Shown: one piece after another, positions 36,253-47,347 of the stretch | Layout of the letters: each line of letters begins with the position of its first letter | Numbering within the stretch: position 1 is the stretch's first letter | Assembly: GCA_026770705.1 (NCBI GenBank) | Contig: JANJGN010000004.1 | Coordinates: 191,952,001 to 192,016,000, forward strand | DNA length: 64,000 nucleotides | Reading direction: 5' to 3' | From: Isurus oxyrinchus | Taxonomy: Eukaryota | Notes under the pieces: model-generated | What the model was told of the DNA's origin: nothing | Databases searched by the model: none | What the model saw: the letters and a program-made list of their open reading frames with translations, nothing else | Position numbers and translations under genes: made by a program

Positions 36253-37930
36253 TGATTCTTCTTATCTTGCGCAGTTCTCTTTTATGTGGCACCATATCGA
36301 ATGCCTTTTGGAAATTCAAATACACTGCATCTACTGGTTCCCCTTTATCCGCTGTGCTTTTTACATCCTCAAAGGGCTCTAATAAATTTGTCAAACATGA
36401 TTTACCTTTCACAAAATCATGTGAAATACCCTTGAATAATCAGATCCCAGCCATGGTCACTTTACAACCACGGTTCTCACATTAGACTTGTCTATTTCAA
36501 TATGTGCTGACACTTCATCCATCTTATAATGAATGCTGCATGCCATCAGATAAGGAGCCTTTAATTCTGTCTTTTTACTATTTTCCCCTACCCTGACCTT
36601 ATTTGCTGGTGCATTCATATATCATATCATATATATCATATATGCTCTGTCCCTTCCTGTCAAACTCCGGTGATCATTACCCATGTTGCTACCATGCACT
36701 GTTGCCTTACTGTTTCTCTTAAACTTCCCAAATCTCCCATCACATAAACCCTTCCCACTACTTAGTTTAAAGCACCCTCTACAACCAGGACACTGATCCT
36801 GGTGTGGTTCAGGTGAAGCCCGTCCCAGTGGTACAGCTCCCACTTTACCCAGTGTCAGTGGCGTCAGTGCCCCATGAATCAAAATCCATTTCTCCCACAC
36901 CAATCTTTGAACCACACATTCAATTCTCTAATCTTATTTATCCTACAACAATTTGCTTGCGGCTGAGGTGTTAATCCAGAGATTATTACCTTTGTGGTTC
37001 TGTTTTTTAATTTAGCCCGTAGCTGGACATACTACCTCAGCAGAACCTCTTTCTTAATCCTACCTATGTTGTTGGCACCCATGTGGACCATGACAACTAG
37101 ATCCTTCTCCTCCCACTCCAAAGTTCCTCCTGAGCTCCGAGGGGATGCCCTTAACCCTGGCACTGGGCAGGCAATGCAGCCTTTGGGAACCACATTCTCG
37201 ACAGCAGTGAACAGTATCTCATCCACTGTGCAGTCCCTGCTCTCGTCCACACAAGCTGCAAGAACATCAAACCCGTTGGACAAGTGTGAGGGCAGAGGCT
37301 CCTTCATTGCCACTTTCTGGATCACCATTCCATTTTTATTCCTCACTTGTGAACCAAATTTGAAGAATCTAGCCTAAGGGGTGTGACTGTCCCCTGAAAC
37401 AAAGTATCCAGGTAATTTTCCCCCTTCCTGATGTATTGCAGCGTTTGAAGCTCAACTCCAGTTCATCAGCTCTGAGCTGCAGTTCCTCAAGCTGCAGACC
37501 TCACTGCAGACGTGGTTGCCACGGATCACACTGGTCTCCATCAGGACCCACATTCTATAGCTGCAACACATCACCTGCCCTGACATCTTTCATGCTTTAT
37601 TCAGCTACTTAGGTTTCAAATTTAGGAATATCATTCAGTGATTGTCTGTAGTTATATTAAGCAGTTCAACTGGTTAATCTATAAATTTAATACAATACTT
37701 ATATCTCCTGAGTATCAGTTTAAAATACTTCCCCAGTTTAGAGAGAAATAAGAACTTAAAGCTCATCAGCCAATCATGTAGCTGCTCACCTAATTAATGC
37801 CTCTGGGTTCCGGCTGTCAGGTATCGCTGTCCCTGGCTCCCTTTCTTGCATCACACCCTTTTTTGTAAAAGGCTAGTACAGCACCTCCTTTCTCACTGCA
37901 CCAAACTCCCTCGCTTCCCAAATTCCCAGA
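36253..37930 (-). mobile_element. Old CR1 (5' UTR, ORF1 and small RT remnant)
   Basis: LSNGFDVLAACVDES, LEWEEKDLVVMVHMGANNIG; zinc-finger start at about 37580. Confidence 0.8.
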
Positions 37931-37967
37931 GTTAAGCGTTCAGTCTCACTGCACTCAGTCGAGCCAT

Positions 37968-38822
37968 TTAGAAACATAGAAAATAGGAGCAGGAGTAGGC
38001 CATTTGGCCCTTCAAGCCTGCTCCACCATTCATTATGATCATGGCTGATCATCCAGCTCAATAGCCTGCTCCTACTTTCTCCCCATACCCTTTGATCCCT
38101 TTCACCCCAAGAACTATATCTAACTCCTTGAAAACATACAATGTTTTGGTCTCAACTACTTTCTGTGGTAGTGAATTCCACAGGCTCACCACTCTCTGGG
38201 TGAAGAAATTTCTCCTCATCTCAGTCCGAAATGGTCTACCCCATATCCTCAGACTGTGACCCCAGGTTTTGGACTCCCTCACCATTGGGAACATCCTTCC
38301 TGCATCTACCCTGTCTAGTCCTGTTAGAATTTTATAGGTTTCTATGAGATCCCCCCTCATTCTTCTGAACTCCAGTGAATATAATCCTAATTGACTCAAT
38401 CTCTCCTCATATGTCAGTCCCGCCATCCCAGGAATCAGTCTGGTAAACCTTCGCTGCACTCCCTCTATAGCAAGAACATCCTTCCTCAGATAAGGAGACC
38501 AAAACTGCACACAATATTTCAGATGTGGTCTCACCAAAGCCCTGTACAATGGCAGCAAGACATCCCTGCTCCTGTACTCGAATCCTCTGGCTATGAAGGT
38601 CAACATAACATTTGCCTCCTTTACCGCCTGCTGCACCTGCATGCTTACCTTCAGCAACTGGTGTACAAGGACACCCAGGTCTCATTGCACATTCCCCTCT
38701 CTCAATTTATAGCCATTCAGATAATAATCTGCCTTCCTGTTTTTGCTACCAAAATGGATAACCTCACATTTATCCACATTATACTGCATCTGCATTGCAT
38801 TTGCCCACTCACTCAGCTCACT
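37968..38822 (-). mobile_element. Young CR1 3' end
   Basis: Open 199-aa ORF2 C-terminus (LYRALVRPHLKYCVQFWSP...FFTQRVVSLWNSLP) and tttctatg tail. Confidence 0.93.
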
Positions 38823-39033
38823 CATATGAAATCAATTTTTGCATTTTCTGCTGAGTGGGTCTACGGCCCCAAAATTGGCACACAAATGCTAGAGAGAGCA
38901 CTGGTGAGGGAAACAGAAATAAAACACTGTGCAAGAAGAGGTGCTGACCTGAGGCAGTGCTGAGGGACATTTTTGGGCAGAACTAAAGGAGCCTTAACCT
39001 ACCTCTAATCTGTGCTATAGTACAGCTGACATA

Positions 39034-39582
39034 GGAGTGTTTGATGGGACAGTGTAGAACAAGATTTATTCTGTATCCACCTGGTGGTGCACCAGCTCTG
39101 GGAGTGTTTGATGGGACAGTGTAGAACAAGATTTATTCTGTATCCACCCGGTGTTGCACCAGCTCTGGGAGTGTTTGATGGGACAGTGTAGAACAAGATT
39201 TATTCTGTATCCACCCGGTGGTGCACCAGCTCTGGGAGTGTTTGATGGGACAGTGTAGAACAAGATTTATTCTGTATCCACCTGGTACTGCACCAGCTCT
39301 GGGAGTGTTTGATGGGACAGTGTAGAACAAGATTTATTCTGTATCCACCTGGTACTGCACCAGCTCTGGGAGTGTTTGATGGGACAGCGTAGAACAAGAT
39401 TTATTCTGTATCCACCCGGTGGTGCACCAGCTCTGGGAGTGTTTGATGGGACAGTGTAGAACAAGATTTATTCTGTATCCACCTGGTACTACACCAGCTC
39501 TGGGAGTGTTTGATGGGACAGCGTAGAACAAGATTTATTCTGTATCCACCTGGTACTACACCAGCTCTGGGAGTGTTTGATG
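39034..39582. repeat. 67-bp minisatellite, 8 full copies plus a partial copy
   Basis: Unit ggagtgtttgatgggacagtgtagaacaagatttattctgtatccacc(t/c)ggt(gg/ac/gt)t(g/a)caccagctctg starting every 67 bp from 39034. Confidence 0.97.
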
Positions 39583-39699
39583 CTGACACTGAAATAGAAA
39601 TCTTTGCTTCAAGGGTTACATAGTCTGGTGAGTATCTGAGAGCTGTGTTGGAAGCTGCTGCAGCATCTCTCATTCTCAGCAGCTGTTGTGCTCCGTGCC

Positions 39700-39900
39700 G
39701 TGGATTTCCAGTAGTTATATAAATATCTCTGCTGTTCAACATACACGGACTTCCCCTTTGCAGTTATATCGAAGGAACTTGATTAACATCTCGTGTGAAT
39801 TTCACCGAAAATGAGGAAACACTTTGAGCAACTTCTGTTTTTAGATGTCAAGAGATAAGAAGCGTTGAGCAAGAAAGAACGAAACACTGAAGAGTTGGCA
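39700..39900 (+). promoter_or_regulatory. Putative promoter / 5' UTR of the Siglec-15-like gene
   Basis: TATATAAA at 39716-39723. NF-kB/ETS-like GGACTTCCCC at 39747-39756. ETS/PU.1-like GAAGGAACT and AAATGAGGAAAC. Unique sequence directly upstream of the leader ATG. Confidence 0.5.
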
Positions 39901-39961
39901 ATGACTTCTCTCTACTTTTTACTTTCTGTCGACCTCCTGTCAGCCTTGGTGCAGAGTTACA
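39901..39961 (+). CDS. Leader (signal peptide) exon of the Siglec-15-like receptor: MTSLYFLLSVDLLSALVQSY + 1 nt
   Basis: ATG with G at -3, 20 mostly hydrophobic codons, and a consensus phase-1 donor A|GTAAGT that matches the phase of the 57777 exon. Confidence 0.78.
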
Positions 39962-40564
39962 GTAAGTACGGATCATACCTGTTCAAATTCATTTTGTTAG
40001 ATCACCCAATGTTACCTCATCTGCGGGTCTACTTTTAGTTTCCAAACCCTGGTGCTGTCCAGCATTATGTTTCTTAATGGCGAGACGCGTTTTGGTTGTC
40101 AAACAAATATCAAAACGGGACAAGGTTGCTTAACTGAAGCAACACCAGAGCTCCACTGGCGACATGGCACACAGAAGCTAATGGGAACTTTCAGGGTGTG
40201 AGCGGAGACATAGAATGCAGGTTTCAGAGAGACATTAACTTGCTGTTAAAATAATGTTGAGACTAATGGCGCTCATTTATTATTTATGCACAAATGGCAC
40301 AGCAACTTCACACACGGACAAACATGGAAATCCAAAACTTGCCGCATCATGAAACTTGCATCCTGTTGCTTGACTCACCATTGAGATTTATTGAACACCG
40401 TGAGGTTGCTGTAATTACATGGCGAATGCAAACTAAACTCATTACAGAAAGTTAAAGTTTAATCAATTTCACTCGAAATGTCCTTTTAACGATGTGGTGA
40501 GAGCTCATCACTGTCAGTCAACAACTGTGGTATTGAAATGTAACTGTGACAAGCGGGCAATCTC

Positions 40565-40695
40565 TAGCCTAAACAGCCAAGTGGTTATGATACTGGGTTT
40601 GTAACCCCAAGATCAAGAGTTCAAATCTCACAATGGGAAACAATGTAACTTCATCTGAAACAGATGGAAACAGGTTTGTACTCGAAAGAGTTAAT
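40565..40695 (+). mobile_element. tRNA(Thr-UGU)-like SINE / tRNA pseudogene
   Basis: Box A-like CAGCCAAGTGG, anticodon arm ctggg-tttgtaa, box B GAGTTCAAATC; acceptor stem not intact. Confidence 0.55.
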
Positions 40696-42029
40696 TGTTC
40701 ATTTAAAAGAAAGCAAATATTTTTGTTGCTTTCCGTTTTTGTCTCTTCCTCTCTGTCTCTCTGTCTTATTCTAATCTTTCTTTCCCCCACTTGATTTCTC
40801 TTTTTGTACTTGGCATTGAATTCAGTCACTCCTCCTCCTCATCTTCTGCAGTTTTTTTTTTACCATACTTAATAGGATTAAGGAGACGCAGTTATTTGCT
40901 TTCGCTCAGGTCCCAGATGTCCGGTTTCCTCTCCGCACTATTAGCAACTGGCCACGATTAGTGTAAAAATCTAAACTTGCAAGGGAAAGTCTACTTAACA
41001 GCAAACAACGTTAGGTGTCCTGCTACAACAAATTATCGCCCGTGGAATTAATTGGAATTTACTGTACAGAAACAGGCCATTTGGGACAACGGTTTTTTGA
41101 TGGTTTTTATGCTCTTCACGATCCTCCTCCCACCCCTCTCTATCTAACCCCCTATCTGCGGCTTCTTCTATTCTATTCTTGCCTTGTGTTTACTGAACAT
41201 CCCCTGAAATAAATCTGGGCTCAAGCCTCAACCACTCCATGCTTTATCAGTTTCAACATTTCAACGGCTCACTGAAGCAAAAAGCTTCCCGTTATACTTA
41301 TGCTTACGGCCTCTAGACTCTGGTTCCTCCACATGCCCTGCCTGTCAACCCTATGGGACCCCTTCATCATTCTAAAGACCTCCATCAGGTCATTCTTCAG
41401 CCTTCTCTTTTTTCAAGGGAAGAGCCCCAACCTGTTCAATCTTTTTTTTGGCAGTTATATACTACTCTCCTTTTTTTTTTCTGTAGTTAGGACTTTTGTT
41501 AAAGAACCCTGTAGCTTTGCTCCGTCACTTTACTCATTCCCTCTGCTGCATAACCTTGCTTTGGAATTGGTGATCTTGATCGTGAAACTGGGCTGTCCTC
41601 TGCACAACCTTTCCCGCACTCCTTTTTGCAGAGATCCTTGGTGAGAGATTTTGGCACAAAAAGTCCTGTCACTCATCATTCGAGCTCCTTGATATTGGGG
41701 ATTAAGTGTTTCCTGAACCCTGAGGAACATGCATGTTTAGTCTTGTTGCTTCCATAACTGATGTTTGGCAGAAAAACCTGACCCTTGAACCTCCTGCACA
41801 CTCTGTTGTGAATCCCTCAGCTTTGAGCCAGTAATGTGAAATCTTCGTATAGTGGTGGCTGCTGGCAAATTAACTTCTTCCTGTGTTTCCTCACAGGTTT
41901 GATGAGTGTTCTTCAAGATGCCATGGTATCTGTTGGCATCTCTTACAGAACTACTCAGTCCTAGTATCATCCTTGTAAATATTTTTTGCAACTTCTTCAG
42001 TGCCTCTAAGTTGGGCACCATAGATTTTA

Positions 42030-42855
42030 AAAAATTCTTCCACAGGATGTGGGGTTCGCTGGCTGGGCCAGCATTTATTGCCCATCCCTGGTTGCCCTTG
42101 AGAAGGTGGTGGTGAGCTGCCTTCTTGAACCACTGCAGTCCATGTGGTGTAGGTAAACCCTGTTTTGTGCTGTTAGAGAGGGAGTTCCAGGATTTTGACC
42201 CAGCGACAGTGAAGGAACAGCAATATATTTCCAAGTCAGGATGGTGAGTGGCTTGGAGGGGAACTTCCAGGCAGTGGTGTTCCCATGTGTCTGCTGCCCT
42301 TGTCCTTCTAGATGGTAGTGGTCTTGGGTTTGGAAGGTGCTGTCGAAGGAGCCTTGGTGAATTCCTGCAGTGCATCTTGTAGATGGTACACATTGCTGCT
42401 ACTGTGTGTCGGTGGTGGAGGGAGTGAATGTTTATGGATGTGGTGCCAATCAAGTGGGCTGCTTTGTCCTGGATGGTGTCCAGCTTCTTGAGTGTAGTGG
42501 GAGCTGCACTCATCCAGGCAAGTGGAGAGTATTCGATCACACTCCTGACTTGTGCCTTGTAGATAGTGGACAAGTTTTGGGGAGGCAGGAGGTGAACTCA
42601 CTGCAGGATTCCTAGCCTCTGACCTGCTCTTGTAGCCACAGTATTTATATGGCTGGTCCATTTCAGTTTCAGGTGAATGGTAACCCCCAGGATGTTGATA
42701 ATGCGGAATTCGGTGTTGGTAATGCCATTGAACCTCAAGGGACAATGGTTGGATTCTCTCTTGTTGGAGATGATCATTGCCGGGCACTTGTGCAGCACGA
42801 ATGTTATTTGCCACTTGTCAGCCCAAGCCTGGATATTGTCCACATCTTGTTGCAA
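42030..42855 (-). mobile_element. Family-B LINE 3' portion, nested in old CR1 remnants (about 41930-42990)
   Basis: ORFs 41737-42573 and 42598-42867 carry family-B RT C-terminal motifs. Confidence 0.9.
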
Positions 42856-43059
42856 GGTCTCACCCATGTCCTGTATAACTGAAGCATAACATCCTTACTT
42901 TTATATTTAATTCCTCTCATAATAAAGGATAGCATTTCATTAGCCTTCTTAATTATTTGCACACTAATTTTTTGTGACTCATGCACTAGAGCACTCCTTC
43001 AAAGAGCCCCAATAAATTGCTTAAACATAATTTCCCTTTCACAAAACTATGCTGACTCT

Positions 43060-43370
43060 TCCTGACTCCTTCAGACCGTTACTTCTTCCTCCATCCTATC
43101 TGCCCTCCTTCTTCCCCCTGGACACCCTCTTCTCTCCACACTCCTACCCCCTCCAAACTCCCTCACTTACACCTTCCACGCCTCCTCCCCCGTTACACCT
43201 ACATCCCCAGGTACCATCTTCTCCCTTGTTACCCCCTCCTCCCCCCCCCCCCATACTCCCTCCTCCCTCCCAACCTCCCCCGACACCTTCATTCTCCCTC
43301 TCTCAATCTCACCTCCCGACACCTCTTCCTCTCCCTGTCAATCCTAGTCCTTCCTCTCCCACCCCCACGA
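43060..43370. repeat. C/T-rich low-complexity tract
   Basis: Polypyrimidine and C-runs read directly. Confidence 0.8.
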
Positions 43371-43374
43371 CATC

Positions 43375-43872
43375 ATCCGTTGTGAGTATCAATGGTGACT
43401 TTCCACCTTCTGTGAGCTGCTTCATGGCGGAACCATGCCCATGAGAATCCACCCAGCATCCCATGGATGTTCCTCCAGTGTGCTATTGCTGTCAGGCTCC
43501 GGCATCTTCTGATCCTCGGGTGTCCACAATGTGAGCAAGACCCCGACGGTAAGACTCGACTTCTGCATGTCACACTTGTTAAGACATGTTCTGCACTAGC
43601 GTGTTTGCCTGCCAATATGGGTGGACGATTCAGCGGGGGTGATGGGGGGGGAGGGCATGAGTCTGGCGGGCTGGCATTATAATAATATGCTGATGTATTA
43701 CAATGAGGTTCGCAATATCCGATGGCGGGGAATGTGCCCACCATCAATGGGCTGAGCAGACAATTGCAAACTGGTTTCACGACATTGTGAAACTGATTTT
43801 TGGCCTCGCCATATTGTCCGCTCATGCTACCGAACATGCCCGACGCCAGCGGGCACGGATGATTCCTGGTCA
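43375..43872. mobile_element. Harbinger terminal remnant
   Basis: CpG-rich subterminal sequence ending in a degenerate TIR-like gattcctggtc; resembles other Harbinger ends in the window. Confidence 0.45.
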
Positions 43873-45100
43873 GCCAAATATTCCACCTCCCATTTACTTT
43901 GAAGGAGAGATTCTAGAATATGTTGAGCACTTCCTATACCTTGGCAGGCATCTCTTTCTAAAGGCCACCATTGACGAGGAGATCCAACACCAGATCTGCT
44001 GCGCCAGCTCAGCCTTCTTTTTATATTCTTTCACGGGATGTGGGCATCACTGGCAAAGCTAACATTTGTTACCCACCCTTAATTGTCCTTGAACTGAATG
44101 GCTTGCTAGGCCATTTAGGAGTCAACCGCATTGCTGTGGGTCTGGAGCCATATGTAGGCCAGACCAGGTAAGCATGGCGGATTTCCTTCTTTAAAGGACT
44201 TTAGTGAAAAGGTGGGTTTTTACAACAATCAATGATAGTTGTTGTCATGGTTACTATTTCTGTGACCAGCTTTATGTTCCAGATTTATTAATTGAAGTTA
44301 AATTCCACCAGCTGCAATGATGGGGATATGAACCTGGGCTTCTGCGATTACTAGTCCAATGACATCACCACAATGCCACCATCTCCCCCTTCTACAAATT
44401 ACGGCAGTGAGTGTTTGACAACAAATACCTCTGCAACTCAACAAAACTCCTTGTGTATAGAGCAGTTGTTGTTACCACACAGCTGTACTGCAATGAGACC
44501 CGGTCTGTGTATCAGCGACACATAATAGCACCAGAGAAATTCCATCAGCGATGTCTCTGCCGGGTCTACCAGATTGAGAGGACCTTCGAACTAATGCTAG
44601 TGTCCTTCTTGAAGCCAGCTCCACAAGCATTCTGGCAAAACTCCGAGATCAACTTCAATGGACGAGATACTTGTGTCCAGATGGCCAAGAAGCATCCCCC
44701 ACCCCAGGTCCTGTTTTCTCAACTCTCAAATGGCCAGCGTTCCAGAGAGGACAAAGAAAATGCTTCAGAGACACCCTGAAGCTGTCCTCGATGTGCGACA
44801 ACATTGACATTAATGACTGGGAGGAGCTCGCTACCAATCACTCAAAATGGCAACAGCTTGTCCATCGAGCTGCATCAAGCTCTGAGTCACAACGTCTTAA
44901 TGAAGCAGAACAGCGTCAGAAGGAAAGAAAAGGATGCAAATCCTGCACTCCGGATCCCACTATGTCATGGGATGTCATGCTCCATGTACCCAAAGATCTT
45001 TGGGTCTGTTCAGTCACATGAAGACTAATGGCAGACCCTCATGGCCCTGAGCAGACATCATACCCCAACTGAGAGACAGCCGACGAGACGATGATAATGA
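43873..45100 (+). mobile_element. RTE-clade (BovB-like) LINE 3' fragment, split by a SINE
   Basis: LEYVEHFLYLG..IDEEIQHQICCASSAF; TKLLVYRAVVVTTQLYCNET; EKFHQRCLCR; RGQRKCFRDTLK. Confidence 0.82.
44019..44389 (-). mobile_element. tRNA-headed SINE with family-B LINE tail
   Basis: Box A TGGCATTGTGG and box B GGTTCATATCC on -. 3' tail caaggacaattaaggg..aaatg..gccag..gcccacatccc. CCTTCT repeated at both flanks. Confidence 0.82.
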
Positions 45101-45102
45101 GA

Positions 45103-45290
45103 CTATTGCTGGGTCAAAATCCTGGAACTCCCTCCCTGACAGCACTGTGGCTGTACCTATACCACATGGACTGCAGCGGTTCAAGAAGGCAGCTCACCAC
45201 CACCCTCTCAAGGGCAATTAAGGATGGGCAATAAATGTTGGCCCAGCCAGCGATGCCCAAACCCTGTGAATGAATAAATTTAAAAAAAAA
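45103..45290 (+). mobile_element. Family-B LINE 3' tail
   Basis: ctggaactccctccct...ggactgcagcggttcaagaaggcagctcaccacc...gaatgaataaa. Confidence 0.88.
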
Positions 45291-45299
45291 CTACTTATG

Positions 45300-46540
45300 A
45301 AGTTGATTATAGAGAAGAACATAAGCATGACAAAAGAAAAACAGGTTAATAGTTTGGAGAAACGCTGATTTTGAAGGGCTGTGATTAGAACTTGGGAAAA
45401 TAAAATGGCTGGCACAATTGGAAAACAGCAATATAGCTCAACAATGGGAAACATTTAAATAGGAAATATTAAAACAGTATGCAGGAAAAATATATTCTGC
45501 TAAAAGGAAAGAACACATTAAAACTCTTTAGACAAATAAAACACAAGGGAACAGTTGAAAGTTGGAAAAGAGGCATACACTAAGTGCATAGGAGCAGAGA
45601 AGTGATAAGAGAAGATGAAGAGATTAGGAAATCAGTAAAACAGAGCACTTCGGAAAACAAAGAGGAACTATGAAATTAAATTATCAAGAAACATTAGATA
45701 AAATAATATAAAAGTGCATCAATTAAAGAAAGGAATGAAGGCTATGATGAGATTAGGACCATTAATATACAAACAAGATAATACCACAAGTAATGATAGA
45801 GAGATGACAGAAATATTAAATTATTATTTTTTCACTTCAATATCTACCAGGTAGACAAGACATTGAATGATGAGATAAACATTGAGATAAGTGCATTTAA
45901 AATAAAAAGGGGTGTATTGAATAAATTGAACAATGAAGTTAAAGCCCCAGCCCAGATGGTTTTCATCTCCATATTTTAAAAAAAATCTAGAGAAGAGATA
46001 GCAGAGACATCACTACTAATATTTAATAATTTGTTAGAAAAAGGAGTAGTGCCTGAGGACTAGCAGATAGCTAATGTAATTCCTATATTTAAGAAGGTGA
46101 TAGAACATGTCCAGGGAATAATGGCATTTTTACTAAAGGAGAGAATAGAAGAACATCCGGGAATGAGAAGTATAGTAATGAATAGTCAACATGAATTTCA
46201 AAAGGGAAAATGTTGCTTGACCAACCTTATTGAACTTTTTGAGGAGGTAGCAGAGAGAATGGACAATGGTAATGAAGCGGATGTCATTTATTTGGACTTT
46301 CAAAAGGCTTTCGATAAGGTGCCCCATAATAGACTAATGAATAAGGTCAGAGAACGTGGACTCGGGGGACATGTGGGAGAATGGATTGCTGGCTGGCTTC
46401 TAGACAAAAAGCAGAGAATCATAGGAAAGCGTAGTTATTCAGAGTGACAAAAAGTGGGAAGTGGTGTTCCACAGGAATTAGTGCTGAGATCACCGCTGTT
46501 CACAATTTACGTTGATAATTTGGACTGTGGAATTATAATA
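45300..46540 (+). mobile_element. Old AT-rich CR1 ORF2 fragment (probably continues at about 51150-51920)
   Basis: SQHEFQKGKCCLTNLIELFE, IYLDFQKAFDKVPH. Confidence 0.85.
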
Positions 46541-46544
46541 ACAG

Positions 46545-47345
46545 TGTTATGACACAGCAGTTGGTAACGGCTGAGTTATTTAAAATCCCAGAGGGAAACA
46601 TTAAACAACTGTCATAACCTATATTTTCAATTGGTATGTTTGAGATGCAACTCTAAATTCAGAAATGAAACCACCAAGCCTCCAGAGATTTATTATATAA
46701 ATTCAATTAAACATTTATTAATTTACAAGGAATTAATCACATGCACATCTACAAATTACTACCATAATAACTTTTAAACACATCCCCAAATTAATCACTC
46801 CCAGGTAAACCTTCCCCAAGCATCAATAACCCATAGACTTTAAGCAGACACTAGGCAAAGCAAATTTTATCTTATGAATTCAAAATGAGTTTCCTTTCAA
46901 TGTGGTTCCTTCACACAGTTGTAGGTGTACAGGCAGCATCCATAAGACTAAAAGACATTGGAGCAGAAATTAGGCCATTCGGCACATCGAGTCTGCTCCG
47001 CCATTCAATCATGGCTGATAAATTTCTCAACCCCATTCTGTTTTCTATATACCTAGCCATCCCTTTGAATGCAAATTCTCATTGTATCACCAGGCCCTTT
47101 GAACTCCACCTCTTCAAACAACAAAACCCCTTTCATAGTACCAGTTTTATTAGTAATATAAATATATTGCTTGGTCTCTCTGAGATAGGTGCAAGAATTC
47201 ATCCCCAGTCTTTTAATGGTTTATTCAACAAATTGCATATGTGCTTTTTACCTTACCTGTTTCACATCTCAAAATTAATCTACATAAAAGCATCCAGACT
47301 AGCTGGCTTTAATCGAATTAAGACACATACATTCACATTCACACC
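46545..47345. mobile_element. LTR (solo or truncated) containing a short CR1 tail at about 46940-47060
   Basis: Starts TGTTATGACACAGCAG; aligns by eye with 31744-32604 (aaatcccagagggaaac; ccagactagctg). Confidence 0.72.
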
Positions 47346-47347
47346 CT

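Noticed and set aside
39034-39582. CRISPR-like array or repeated 65-aa ORFs
   Set aside because: Units are contiguous with no unique spacers, there are no cas genes, and the context is vertebrate. The ORFs are by-products of the 67-bp period.
40565-40640. Functional tRNA-Thr gene
   Set aside because: Acceptor and anticodon stems are mispaired and the sequence continues into a SINE-like body
41737-42573. 278-aa novel ORF
   Set aside because: Chance read-through from a family-B LINE C-terminus into CR1 remnants
43049-43444. Proline-rich 131-aa protein
   Set aside because: Translation of a C-rich low-complexity tract, with no splice or domain support
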